From positions 1-21,634 of the forward strand of contig CBFIGY010000044.1 of NCBI GenBank assembly GCA_965662235.1: DNA of 21,634 bases, read 5' to 3'. The DNA is from an uncultured bacterium (GTDB lineage: Bacteria; SAR324; NAC60-12). A model generated the notes under the pieces. The model made no database searches. It was not told the DNA's origin and worked only from the letters and a program-made list of their open reading frames with translations. Position numbers and translations under genes: made by a program. The first letter of the stretch is position 1; every line of letters starts with the position of its first letter. Positions 1-8,920 of this stretch are shown here, in pieces.

Positions 1-982
1 CCAAGCCCTCCTCCAGCTTTAAACGTCTTCAACGGTTTATGCGCTCTTTTTCTGTTCCTCAGGCAGACGTCGCCCGCATGGTTACCGATCTTCTGGCCCC
101 GGAGGGAGAATGGATCTTGAGCCTAGACCGTACGAACTGGAAGTTCGGGAAGCAGGATTGCAACTTCCTGGTCTTGGCATTGGTGAGTGGTCGGAGCGCG
201 ATTCCTTTATTTTTCAAAGAGTTGGGAAAGCAAGGCTCGTCCAGTAATGAAGAGTGCATTGAACTGCTCCAGCTCTTCGAAAAGCATCTCGACCCGACCA
301 AGGTGGCTGCTTTGGTGGCCGACCGTGAGTTTGTCGGAGAGCGTTGGTATCGTTTCTTGAAAAAACACGAGATTCCGTTTTGCCTGCGGGTTCGCAAAGA
401 CCAGCTGCTCCTCAACTCCAAGGGCAAACTGGTCAAGGGCTCTCAGCTTTATCGCAGCCTCCGCCGTGGCGGCATGGAACGCTCGCGCACTGAACGGGCC
501 GTTGGCGATGTCCCTGTCTATCTGGCGGCCTCTAAACTCCCTGATGGTCGGCTCTGGATTCTTGCCCACAGCTTCGAGGAAATGCCTGCGGAGAAGGTCG
601 TCGATCTGTACCGGCAACGCTGGAAGATCGAGTGCTTGTTCCAATCCCTCAAGGGGCGCGGCTTCAACCTGGAAAACACTCACTTGGTACACCCTCAGCG
701 CTTGGAGAACCTGCTCTGCATGTGCACTCTCGCACTGCTTTGGTGCCTGAAGACGGCCCAAGCGGTCCAGACGCTCAAGCCTCAAAAGAATGAGAAGGAT
801 GGACATCCTCGCGAGTCGGCGTTTCGTCAAGGGCTCAACCTCCTCGACACTTTGCTCTCACAGGTCATCCCTCTCCAAAGAGAAGCCATTCACATTCTCA
901 CAAGGCTCCTCCACAAACAGGCCAAACCCCCGCCTCTCACCCCTCTGCTCAGGTGGATCTAGAAAAACTGTCCTGCAGAGAG
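1..982 (+). mobile_element. IS4-family insertion sequence (IS10/ISAba1-like), left part outside the window; right terminal inverted repeat about 963-982
   Basis: The transposase ends at 962 and is followed by AAAAACTGTCCTGCAGAGAG (963-982). Its last 14 nt, TGTCCTGCAGAGAG, match 11/14 of the ISAba1 terminal repeat as I recall it (TGTCGTGTACAGAG). IS3 orfB sequence starts right after. Confidence 0.8.
3..962 (+). CDS. IS4-family DDE transposase, 5'-partial (frame open from position 3; ORF track starts at internal ATG 39)
   Basis: [11 protein letters not shown] (first D), ADREFVG (second D), [15 protein letters not shown] (Y-x2-R-x3-E-x6-K, the IS4 YREK signature), [10 protein letters not shown]. 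Upstream in-frame [12 protein letters not shown] has no stop. Confidence 0.93.
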   Translation, partial: KPSSSFKRLQRFMRSFSVPQADVARMVTDLLAPEGEWILSLDRTNWKFGKQDCNFLVLALVSGRSAIPLFFKELGKQGSSSNEECIELLQLFEKHLDPTKVAALVADREFVGERWYRFLKKHEIPFCLRVRKDQLLLNSKGKLVKGSQLYRSLRRGGMERSRTERAVGDVPVYLAASKLPDGRLWILAHSFEEMPAEKVVDLYRQRWKIECLFQSLKGRGFNLENTHLVHPQRLENLLCMCTLALLWCLKTAQAVQTLKPQKNEKDGHPRESAFRQGLNLLDTLLSQVIPLQREAIHILTRLLHKQAKPPPLTPLLRWI

Positions 983-1831
983 GTCGGGTACTGGATGTCT
1001 CCACCAGCGCCTATTATGAGTGGCTTCGAAATCCGGTGAGCCCTCACGCTCAAGCCGATAAGTCCTTGGCTCAGGAGGTCAAGGAGTCCCACCAGCAATC
1101 AAGAGGGATTTACGGAGCTCGCCGCATTCAAAAGGACCTGGAAGCGCAAGGGCGGCCGATCAGCCGCCGCCGAGTCCGTCGCTTGATGAAGGAACAGGGA
1201 CTCAGGAGTCAGGTACAGCGTCGGTTTGTCAGGACCACTGATTCCGATCATGGTCTACCCGTAGCGGAAAACCTACTCAAGAGAGGTTTTGATGTACCCC
1301 ACCCGAATCAGGTATATGTTACTGATATCACCTACATCCACACCGCAAGCGGCTGGCTCTATCTGGCCGTCATCTTAGATCTCTACTCACGCTCTGTCGT
1401 GGGTTGGGGTATGCGAGAGGACATGAGTGCAGGCTTGGTCACAGATGCTCTGAAAATGGCGATCCGTTTTCGAAAGCCGCCACCCGGACTCATCATCCAT
1501 AGCGATCGAGGAAGTCAATACGCCAGCCATTCTTGGCAGAACCTCTTGAAAAAACACCAGTTTCTCTGCAGCATGAGCCGAAAGGGAGACTGCTGGGACA
1601 ATGCGGTCGCCGAGAGTTTTTTTCATACCCTCAAGAGCGAGCGGGTTCACCACCAACACTATCAGAATCAGGAGGAAGCAACGAAGGATCTCTTTGAATA
1701 CATTGAGGTTTTCTATAACCGAAAGCGAAGGCACTCCACAATTGGGTACCTCTCACCTTTCGAGTATGAAGAACTCAAGCAAGCCGCCTAGGCGCTGAGA
1801 AAATTTCTTCCGGAAAAGTGTTGCCACATCA
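983..1831 (+). mobile_element. IS3-family element, right part (orfB plus right inverted repeat), interrupted at its 5' end by the IS4 element
   Basis: An OrfB-type integrase core is followed by TTCCGGAAAAGTGTTGCCACATCA, ending in the IS3-type terminal CA at 1830-1831. No orfA is present in the window. Confidence 0.8.
985..1791 (+). pseudogene. IS3-family transposase OrfB (rve integrase core), separated from its start and orfA
   Basis: [13 protein letters not shown] (typical OrfB start, normally MCRVL), [36 protein letters not shown] (DDE), [15 protein letters not shown]. The 790-982 part of the ORF-track entry is IS4 DNA read in another frame. Confidence 0.88.
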
Positions 1832-1861
1832 AGGGGGCTACTGCAGACTTGAGGAAAGGAT

Positions 1862-1887
1862 GGAGAGGCGCCTTCAGGAGCCCCTCC
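1862..1887 (-). terminator. Possible hairpin terminator after acr3
   Basis: GGAGAGGC(1862-1869)...GCCCCTCC(1880-1887), an 8-bp stem with one G-U on the minus strand, 5 nt past the acr3 stop. The following pyrimidine tail is weak. Confidence 0.3.
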
Positions 1888-1892
1888 CACGC

Positions 1893-2918
1893 TCAGGAAG
1901 ATGCGGGAAACCAGTTGCGGGTTCGGTTGGCAAACGCCACCAGCGACAGCATCACCGGAACCTCGACCAGCACCCCGACCACAGTGGCCAAGGCGGCTCC
2001 GGAGTGCAGGCCAAAGAGGCTGATCGCCACGGCCACGGCCAGCTCGAAGAAGTTGGAGGTGCCAATGAGGCAGGCAGGAGCCGCGATGCTATGAGGCAGG
2101 TTCAGGAATTTGGCAAGGACGTAGCCTAGGGCAAAGATGCCGTAGGTTTGCAGCAGCAGGGGAATGGCAATGAGACCAATGGTTTCCGGTTGAGCGATCA
2201 GGGTTTCCGCCTGAAACCCAAACAGCAGCACCACGGTTCCCAAGAGCCCCGCCACGGACCACGGTTTGAGGCGTTGCACCCAAGCCACAACGGCGTCGGC
2301 GCCCCTGCGGCGGGTCAGGAACGTCCGTGTACTGATGCCCAAGAGCAGCGGCATCACCACGTAGAGTCCGACGGAAAGCAAGAGGGTCTCCCAAGGCACC
2401 GAAATTTCAGTCACTCCCAGAAGGAGCGCGGCAATGGGAGCAAAGGCAAAGACCATGATCAGGTCGTTGACGGAAACCTGGACCAGCGTGTAGTTGGGGT
2501 CTCCGGAGGTGAGCTGGCTCCAGACAAACACCATGGCGGTGCACGGCGCCACCCCGAGCAGGATCATGCCGGCAATGTACTCCTGAGCACTTTGGGGATC
2601 CACCCACTCGGCAAACAGCCCCTCAAAAAACAAAGTCCCCAGCAACGCCATGCTGAAGGGCTTGATTCCCCAGTTGATGACCAAGGTCAGGAGCAGCCCC
2701 TTGGGACGGCGCCCGACCTCCCGGACAGCGGCAAAATCAATCTGAACCATCATCGGGTAGATCATGATCCAGATGAGCCCGGCGACGACCAGATTGACGT
2801 GTGCCACCTCCAGCGTCGCCACGCCGGCAAAGGCCTCAGGGTTCCACCAACCGGCGCCCACGCCCACCAGAATGGCCAGTCCCACCCAGAGGGTGAGGTA
2901 GCGTTCAAAAAGTCCCAT
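1893..2918 (-). CDS. acr3: Acr3-family arsenite efflux permease
   Basis: [37 protein letters not shown] (conserved Cys), [26 protein letters not shown]. The ATG at 2918 has a GGAAGG SD-like sequence upstream (ORF track starts at 2930). Confidence 0.96.
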   Translation of the reverse strand: MGLFERYLTLWVGLAILVGVGAGWWNPEAFAGVATLEVAHVNLVVAGLIWIMIYPMMVQIDFAAVREVGRRPKGLLLTLVINWGIKPFSMALLGTLFFEGLFAEWVDPQSAQEYIAGMILLGVAPCTAMVFVWSQLTSGDPNYTLVQVSVNDLIMVFAFAPIAALLLGVTEISVPWETLLLSVGLYVVMPLLLGISTRTFLTRRRGADAVVAWVQRLKPWSVAGLLGTVVLLFGFQAETLIAQPETIGLIAIPLLLQTYGIFALGYVLAKFLNLPHSIAAPACLIGTSNFFELAVAVAISLFGLHSGAALATVVGVLVEVPVMLSLVAFANRTRNWFPASS

Positions 2919-3390
2919 CTGCCCTTCCAATTTCGTCCAGTTTGGTCTGCAGGCTCAGGCGTTCCAGCGAAGCCAGGGGCAGGTTCAAGAAGATCTCAAT
3001 CCGTCGGTACAGCTGCCCATACGCCTGCTGAAAGGCCTGCATGCGCTCCGGGAGGGGGCCCTCAACGGCAGCAGGGTCAGGAATGCCCCAGTGAGCGGTC
3101 ATGGGCTGTCCGGGCCAGACTGGGCAGGGCTCCTGAGCCGCTTGATCACAGACCGTGAAGACGAAATCAAACGGAGGCGCCTCTCGGAACTCCTCCCAGT
3201 TCTTGGAGCGCAGGTGAGCCGTTTCATAGCCCAGCGTCTGCAGCAGCTCCAGAGTCAGAGGGTTGACTTGGCCAGCCGGATGACTGCCGGCACTGAAGGC
3301 CTGAAAGCGACCGGCCCCGGCTTTGGCTAAAATGGCTTCCGCCAAAATGCTGCGGGCGGAGTTTCCGGTACAGAGGAAGAGGATGTTCAT
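2905..3390 (-). CDS. arsC: Arsenate reductase, LMW-PTPase/thioredoxin-type fold
   Basis: P-loop [48 protein letters not shown] overlap with the arsR stop. Confidence 0.95.
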   Translation of the reverse strand: MNILFLCTGNSARSILAEAILAKAGAGRFQAFSAGSHPAGQVNPLTLELLQTLGYETAHLRSKNWEEFREAPPFDFVFTVCDQAAQEPCPVWPGQPMTAHWGIPDPAAVEGPLPERMQAFQQAYGQLYRRIEIFLNLPLASLERLSLQTKLDEIGRADGTF

Positions 3391-3734
3391 GATGCTCCTG
3401 AAGAAGAAGGGGGAAGGGATTCATCCGATGGAAACCCACACAGGTCCGGACGTCCTTGACAGCAGTCCATCACGAGGTAGGCAAGGAGGTCCCGAATGCC
3501 CTGTGCCTCTACGGCATAGCAAATCTGCCGCTGTTGCCGGGTGGCCCGCAGCAGCCCTGCGCGCTCCATGCGCGACAGATGTGCAGAGAGGGTGGGGGCC
3601 GGGACCTGGAGGCGCTGCGCTAGGGTGCCTGCCGGCAGCCCCGTTGGCCCTTCCTGAATCAGCATCCGGAAGATGCGCAGCCGCGTCTCCTGACCGAGCC
3701 CGGCAAACTTAGTGACCGCGTCTTTTATTTCCAT
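3387..3734 (-). CDS. arsR: ArsR/SmtB-family repressor with C-terminal CC-x6-C arsenite site
   Basis: LGQETRLRIFRML, APTLSAHLSRMERAGL helix-turn-helix, DCCQGRPDLC. First gene of arsR-arsC-acr3. Confidence 0.94.
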   Translation of the reverse strand: MEIKDAVTKFAGLGQETRLRIFRMLIQEGPTGLPAGTLAQRLQVPAPTLSAHLSRMERAGLLRATRQQRQICYAVEAQGIRDLLAYLVMDCCQGRPDLCGFPSDESLPPSSSGAS

Positions 3735-3747
3735 AATTCTAAAAATA
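3726..3747. promoter_or_regulatory. Putative ArsR operator overlapping the arsR start codon
   Basis: TATTTCCATAATTCTAAAAATA is an imperfect palindrome (16 of 22 positions self-complementary) in the AT-rich promoter region, and contains the CAT of the arsR start. Confidence 0.55.
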
Positions 3748-3842
3748 TCAAAAAATTTATTCCACTGAGGTTTTGTTCGGAAAAAATTAGGGTGCTGTTC
3801 AAATTCAATTCAGTCCAATTCCGCCTCTGCAGGCTCGGCTCA

Positions 3843-3860
3843 TGCATGAATTTTCATGCA
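3843..3860. promoter_or_regulatory. Palindrome, candidate transcription-factor site
   Basis: TGCATGAA-TT-TTCATGCA, perfect 8-bp arms, between divergent arsR and the glycosyltransferase. Confidence 0.35.
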
Positions 3861-4006
3861 ATCCCGCTTCATTTTGTCCGAAAACGTTCCTCTCTAGGGG
3901 AGTGTAAACGGAACCTTAACCAAACCATTATTTTCCCTCAAACCTTCTGAAGGACCATGAGGGGCCTAGTGGATCCGTTCTCATTCCTCCGTGTTAGCTG
4001 GCTGTC

Positions 4007-5080
4007 ATGAATCTGCTGTTTGTTAATTCTACGCATCACTGGGCGGGCATCAAGACATGGATGGCTCACCTTGCGGAGTTTCTGCACCACCAGGGGCATC
4101 AAGTCTCGGTCGCCTGCCGTCCGGAGGATCCGTTGAGGAAGGCGTGTGAGCAACGGGGAGTGTCCTGCTGGCCGATTCATTTTGGTCCTGACTACAACCC
4201 GATTGCCATTGCTCACTTCATGCGGCACCTGAAGCAGCATCAGGTAGAGCTGGTCATCACCAACGTGGCCAAGGATCGTCGTACGGCGGGAGTGGCAGCC
4301 AAGCTGATGGGCGCGTTGCATGTCAACCGACTGGGACTGCAGGGGGACCTGAAGCTCAATTGGCGCAATCGTTTGGAGTACCGCTGGGGAGTGGATGAGG
4401 TTCTGGTGCCGAGTCGCTCCCTCAAGACGTCCTTTCAGGAGACCCTGAACCTGCATGGCCGAGTGCGGTCCTTTCCCAATGTGGTCCGATCAGTCCAAAA
4501 GGCGTTGCCACAAAATCAGGTCCCTCAGCTTGCCACAGTGGCCTACCTCAGCCGTCGCAAGCAGGTGCACGTCATGCTGGACGTGCTGGCCTCGTTGCGG
4601 TCCCTTCCCTGGCACTTTCACATTGGCGGAACAGGAGAGGAAAGGGACGCTTTGGAGCAACAGGCCACGCAGTTGGGCCTGGCTTCCCGGGTGACCTTCC
4701 ACGGCTTTGTATCGCCCTATGAGTTTCTGGTCGGCAAGGACATTGGCCTGCTGTACTCCACGGATGAGGGAATGCCGAACACGTTGCTGGAGTACATGGC
4801 AAGTGGAAATGCTGTCATCTCCTCCGACCTTCCGGGAGTACGGGAGGTGTTCCAAGAACAACCGGTTGGGCTCATTGTGGATCCGCATCAGCCAGACTCG
4901 CTGAAGCAGGCCCTGACTCGGTTGCTTCAATCGGCAGAGGAGCGGCAGCAGCTTGCCCGGAACGCTCTTTTGCTGGTCCAGAACCACCACGAAATGCCTC
5001 GGGTGTTTCACAAAATCGAAACGCACTTTGAGGCGCTGATTGCTCAACGGGGCCGTGCTTATGCCTACCGTCCCATCTGA
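4007..5080 (+). CDS. GT-B fold glycosyltransferase, family GT4 (RfaB-like)
   Basis: MNLLFVNS..WAGIKT start, YLSRRKQ, IGGTGEER, EGMPNTLLEYMASGNAVISSDLPGVRE (E-x7-E motif). Confidence 0.9.
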   Translation: MNLLFVNSTHHWAGIKTWMAHLAEFLHHQGHQVSVACRPEDPLRKACEQRGVSCWPIHFGPDYNPIAIAHFMRHLKQHQVELVITNVAKDRRTAGVAAKLMGALHVNRLGLQGDLKLNWRNRLEYRWGVDEVLVPSRSLKTSFQETLNLHGRVRSFPNVVRSVQKALPQNQVPQLATVAYLSRRKQVHVMLDVLASLRSLPWHFHIGGTGEERDALEQQATQLGLASRVTFHGFVSPYEFLVGKDIGLLYSTDEGMPNTLLEYMASGNAVISSDLPGVREVFQEQPVGLIVDPHQPDSLKQALTRLLQSAEERQQLARNALLLVQNHHEMPRVFHKIETHFEALIAQRGRAYAYRPI

Positions 5081-5110
5081 GCCGAACGCTTTTTGACTTT
5101 GGGGAGCCCT

Positions 5111-6160
5111 TTGCAGTACCTGGTCACCGGACACGCCGGATTCATCGGTTTTCATCTCAGCAAGCGACTCCTGACCCAGGGACATGCTGTTGTCGGCATT
5201 GATGTGGTCAATGACTACTATGACCCTTGCCTCAAGGAAGCGCGACTTGAGCACCTGGCTGAAGTGGCTGCGGCGTCTGGAACCCCGTACGTCTCAATCC
5301 GAGACGATCTGGCACATCCGGAGGCAGTCGATGCCTGCTTCAGGGAGCACTCATTCGATCGAGTCGTTCACCTGGCAGCACAAGCTGGGATCCGCTACTC
5401 CCTAGAAAACCCACGGGCGTACGTGGACAGCAACCTGGTCGCCTTCACGAATCTGCTGGAGGCCTGCCGGTTTCAGCAGGTGGACCACTTTCTGTACGCC
5501 AGTACCAGCAGCGTCTACGGGGCCAATCCGGACATGCCCTTTGCCGAGCATCATGCGGCTGATCACCCTCTCCAGTTTTATGCGGCCACCAAGCGGGCCA
5601 ATGAGTTGATGGCGCACAGTTACAGCCACCTGTTTCAACTTCCCACCACAGGGTTGCGGTTTTTTACCGTCTATGGCCCCTGGGGGCGCCCGGACATGGC
5701 GCTGTTTCGCTTCACTGAACGCATCCTGCAGGGACGCCCGTTACCGGTCTTTAATCACGGAAACCATAGTCGGGACTTCACGTTCATTGATGATGTCATT
5801 GAAGGCATCCTCATTGCCAGCGACGCGATCCCCACACCGCAACCTCCGGAGGCGTTGACACGTCCGGATCAGAGCACGGCGCCGTTTCAGGTGTTCAACA
5901 TTGGCAATGGCGCCCCTACTCGGCTGAAGGCCTACATCGAAGCCCTTGAGCAGGCGCTTGGCCGGACCGCCCAGCTGGAGCTGTTGCCTCCGCAGCCCGG
6001 AGACGCTCCAGACACCTACGCGGACTCGTCCAAACTGGGAGCCCTGGGCTATGCGCCTCAGACGTCTGTGAAGGAGGGGGTGCAGCAGTTTGTGGAGTGG
6101 TACCAAACGGTCTATGAGCCGCTTCAGGCGTCCACCAAGCAGGTGGCTCAGGCGGCCTGA
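5111..6160 (+). CDS. NAD-dependent epimerase, UDP-glucuronate 4-epimerase-like (extended SDR)
   Basis: [61 protein letters not shown]. Probable TTG start at 5111 after GGGGAG (ORF track: 5093). Confidence 0.92.
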   Translation: MQYLVTGHAGFIGFHLSKRLLTQGHAVVGIDVVNDYYDPCLKEARLEHLAEVAAASGTPYVSIRDDLAHPEAVDACFREHSFDRVVHLAAQAGIRYSLENPRAYVDSNLVAFTNLLEACRFQQVDHFLYASTSSVYGANPDMPFAEHHAADHPLQFYAATKRANELMAHSYSHLFQLPTTGLRFFTVYGPWGRPDMALFRFTERILQGRPLPVFNHGNHSRDFTFIDDVIEGILIASDAIPTPQPPEALTRPDQSTAPFQVFNIGNGAPTRLKAYIEALEQALGRTAQLELLPPQPGDAPDTYADSSKLGALGYAPQTSVKEGVQQFVEWYQTVYEPLQASTKQVAQAA

Positions 6161-7026
6161 CGTGACGGGAAAGGCGTCCAGCGGGCCCAGTCTTCCCTCC
6201 GGAAGGGCATGAAGGCGTTGGTGTGCTGAGCAGGAAGCGCCATGGTCTGTTGATACAAAGACGTCAGCAAGGCGGGCTCTGCTTCACGCGCAGCCGCTTG
6301 AAGGTCCGTGAGGGGGCTGCCGATGGTGAGCTGAACGGTCTGCCCGCACATGCGGATCATTTCGTGGAAGAAGAGGCTGAGCTTGAGGTTGTAGCTCAGG
6401 TGACTGGAGATCTGGAACAGGCGGCTGTTCTGGCCATGGACGTACACCGGCAGCACGGTCGGATTGGCCGCAGCAATCAGCTTGGCCAGGAACTTCTGCC
6501 AGGGCGCATCCACTGCGGGTCCGAACCAGCCCGGACTCACCGACGTTGATCCTGCTGGGAAGAGAATCACCGTCCGGCCGCTTTGCAGAGACTGAATGGA
6601 GCGGCGGAGCGTCACGAGGTTGTTCCGGCGGGCACGGTAGTCTTCCTTGAAGGAAATGGGCAGCACCACATCTTCAAGCTGATCGGCGGCATTGAGGATC
6701 TCCCAAGCGATGACCTGGTAGTCTGGACGCAGCGTCTCAATCAGGTGTGAGAGGACGACCCCATCAATCTGTCCATACGGATGGTTGGCCACCACCAGCA
6801 ACGGTCCCTGTGCCGGAACCTGTTCCAAGGGGAGCCCGTTGGTTTCAATGGAGAGCTGCATCTGCTCCACCGTCCGGTGCCAAAAGGTCTTGCCGCTGCT
6901 TTGAGTGGCCACGACCTGCTCATAAATCCGGGCCAGCTTCCGTTTGCCCAGCAACTCCTCAGTGAGCTGAATCAACGTCCGTTCCCACCAAGGCATGTCG
7001 CCTTCAATGAAGGAAAAGTGCTGCAT
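6148..7026 (-). CDS. Lysophospholipid acyltransferase family protein (putative-hemolysin/OlsA-like LPLAT)
   Basis: [37 protein letters not shown]. Start uncertain (ATG 7026 or 7059; ORF track 7119). Confidence 0.85.
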   Translation of the reverse strand: MQHFSFIEGDMPWWERTLIQLTEELLGKRKLARIYEQVVATQSSGKTFWHRTVEQMQLSIETNGLPLEQVPAQGPLLVVANHPYGQIDGVVLSHLIETLRPDYQVIAWEILNAADQLEDVVLPISFKEDYRARRNNLVTLRRSIQSLQSGRTVILFPAGSTSVSPGWFGPAVDAPWQKFLAKLIAAANPTVLPVYVHGQNSRLFQISSHLSYNLKLSLFFHEMIRMCGQTVQLTIGSPLTDLQAAAREAEPALLTSLYQQTMALPAQHTNAFMPFRREDWARWTPFPSRQAA

Positions 7027-7111
7027 GTGCTGAATGCTGTTGGCCACGCGGGAAGGCATCACGGTTACCGTTGGAGTGAGAGAAAGAAAGCTGCCGGAGG
7101 AGTCCTCAACG

Positions 7112-7378
7112 TTACCCACCTTGGGGAAGCCAACTCGCCAGCAACCACTGGAAAATGGCGTCTTGAAAGGCAGCCCGGGTGGCTTCAGGAAACCACTCCG
7201 GCCACCCGAAAAGAGGCGCCAGAACGTCCGTATGCAGCCACATCAGCAGGTAGAGGTAGAGGCTTCCCCAAAGCGGGAGCGTCACCAGCAAAAGGCCCCA
7301 CCCAAGCCACTGAGGGCGGGCGTGGACCGTCTTGCCCGGGAACAGCTCTCGTGGAGGCACAGCAGAGAGAGGAGTCAT
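7112..7378 (-). CDS. Hypothetical small Trp-rich membrane protein (88 aa)
   Basis: The 3' end of ORF 7112..7987 from ATG 7378 has one hydrophobic helix (WLGWGLLLVTLPLWGSLYLYLLMWL), 8 Trp and an amphipathic tail. It fills the gap upstream of the co-oriented acyltransferase. Confidence 0.5.
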   Translation of the reverse strand: MTPLSAVPPRELFPGKTVHARPQWLGWGLLLVTLPLWGSLYLYLLMWLHTDVLAPLFGWPEWFPEATRAAFQDAIFQWLLASWLPQGG

Positions 7379-7645
7379 CAAGGTGACAGAGAAAGAGTCC
7401 TGAACGATCACGGATTCAAGGTGCCAAACGGGTGTTAAGCCTTGATGAAGACTCCGTAAGAGCTGTGTCTGGGAGCAGGGCGGTTCCGGACTGAGGTGGC
7501 CGGTGCCGGAGCGGTGAGGGCGGGGCTCCGTCCGACGGTGGACGGACGGCTTGCCTCCTGGAAGCGCTTCCTTGACACTTGGAAGACTTGCTTCAGAAAG
7601 AGGCCCCGCCTCTGGACCTTTTCGACCCTCCGGATTTCCCCTTTT

Positions 7646-8920
7646 ATGACCTCCCGAATACTGGTTCTGGGCATTGGCGCCTTTGCTCATGCCATGATGC
7701 AGACCCTCAAGGATGCTGGCGCCGAAGTCGCTGGTTACCTCGACCGAGATTACGGACACTATGGCCCCTCTCAGGTGGGCCCGACCTGGACCCGTAAGGA
7801 GCACCCGTCGCCGCTGCCGCTGATCGAACGGTTTGCACCGGATGTGATCATCCCAATGGCAATCTCTTGGCGGGAGCAGCCTTGGGCAGAAGACGCCATT
7901 GCTCAAAAGATCCCCATCCTTTCCCCGTGGGGGGAGGCCTTGGACATTGAGGTCTCCCGCGAGCGGGCTTCTGAACTCTGTCAGCAATACGGGGTGCCTG
8001 TGCCACCGTTTTACCGCGTGTCCAACCGCCTAGAGGCCCGGGAGCTGATGCACCGTGACCCACGTCCGTACGTGATCAAGAACCCCATCTGCTCGCCGTT
8101 CAGTCCGGTCCACACGATCGTTTGCGAGACGGTGGAAGACACCCGAGGGTGGCTTGAGCGAGTGGATTATGCGGAGGGGGTGTTTCTGCAGGAGTACCTC
8201 GGAACCGTTGAGGCTGGGCACTTTGTTGCCGTGAGTGGTGGAAAGGTGATCAGTCTGGTGACCAATCAGGAGTACAAGCGAGCGTACACCGGAAACCTCG
8301 GCCCTGTTGCCGGAGCGCCAATGGCGGGCATTGTGGAGCAGGATCCGGACGACCGCTATGGACTGGCTCAGGAGCTGATTCACCCCCTGACGCCCTGGCT
8401 GGAGGAAACCGGGTTTCAGGGCATTTTACAGGTCACGGCGATTCAGCAAAAAGGACGGTGGCACGCCATTGAGTACAACGTGCGCCTTGGTGTCACCACC
8501 GGGGCGTTGCTGATGCGGATGCTGGCCAATCCTCTGGAGGTCCTAAAGGCCCTCGTGCAGAACCAGCCGGTGGCGCCTCAGTGGCATCCGGAACGGCGCT
8601 TGGGGTGTTCGCTGACGCTCGCCGGGTATGGCTACCCATACGTTGTTCCGCTGGCGCCGAAGCTTCCGGTGACCGTTGATGCCAGCATTGGGGGGGACCT
8701 GTGGTGGAACGAGGTGGATGCAGAAGGAGAGGCCCTTTACATGGTGTCCCATGACAACCTGAGCATGGGACACCGGCTCGCTGATCTGAACGCCTGTGCG
8801 CCCACACTGGATGCGGCGATTGCGCAGGTCTATGAGGACATCCGGAAGATTCACTGCCTCGGGAGCTACTACCGGACGGATCTGGGAGAGTCCCTGTGGC
8901 CTCCCGGAACAGGGTTTTGA
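7646..8920 (+). CDS. Divergent phosphoribosylamine-glycine ligase (PurD)-fold ATP-grasp ligase, substrate unknown (424 aa)
   Basis: PurD length and landmarks: RILVLGIG, QYGVPVP, PYVIK, LQEYLG..E, EYKRAYTGNLGP, IEYNVRLG, AGYGYP, YYRTDLG. ATG 7646 gives MTSRILVLG. Canonical PurD motifs are altered. Confidence 0.82.
   Translation: MTSRILVLGIGAFAHAMMQTLKDAGAEVAGYLDRDYGHYGPSQVGPTWTRKEHPSPLPLIERFAPDVIIPMAISWREQPWAEDAIAQKIPILSPWGEALDIEVSRERASELCQQYGVPVPPFYRVSNRLEARELMHRDPRPYVIKNPICSPFSPVHTIVCETVEDTRGWLERVDYAEGVFLQEYLGTVEAGHFVAVSGGKVISLVTNQEYKRAYTGNLGPVAGAPMAGIVEQDPDDRYGLAQELIHPLTPWLEETGFQGILQVTAIQQKGRWHAIEYNVRLGVTTGALLMRMLANPLEVLKALVQNQPVAPQWHPERRLGCSLTLAGYGYPYVVPLAPKLPVTVDASIGGDLWWNEVDAEGEALYMVSHDNLSMGHRLADLNACAPTLDAAIAQVYEDIRKIHCLGSYYRTDLGESLWPPGTGF

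Noticed and set aside
790..1791. 333-aa ORF as one native transposase gene
   Set aside because: The first 64 or so codons are IS4 DNA in an alternative frame. OrfB-like sequence starts only after the IS4 terminal repeat.
1..3734. Arsenic-resistance composite transposon
   Set aside because: IS elements flank only one side. No second IS, integrase or target duplication is visible beyond arsR.
7456..7560. ZTP (pfl), SAM-I or c-di-AMP riboswitch upstream of the PurD-like gene
   Set aside because: Only isolated words resemble these consensuses (GACTG..GGTGG, GGGAGC, CCGTCCG, and nearby GGTGCCAA and ACTCCGTAAG). Order and required pairings, such as the ZTP GGCG/CGCC pseudoknot, are missing. An Infernal search would settle it.
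7112..7987. Full 291-aa minus-strand ORF
   Set aside because: Its 5' part is antisense to the PurD-like gene and crosses the structured intergenic region. Only the last 88 codons look protein-like.
7646..8920. Assigning the symbol purD
   Set aside because: The canonical GGREH, GLAAGKGV, NTGGMG and RFGDPE motifs are all replaced, and there is no purine gene context.
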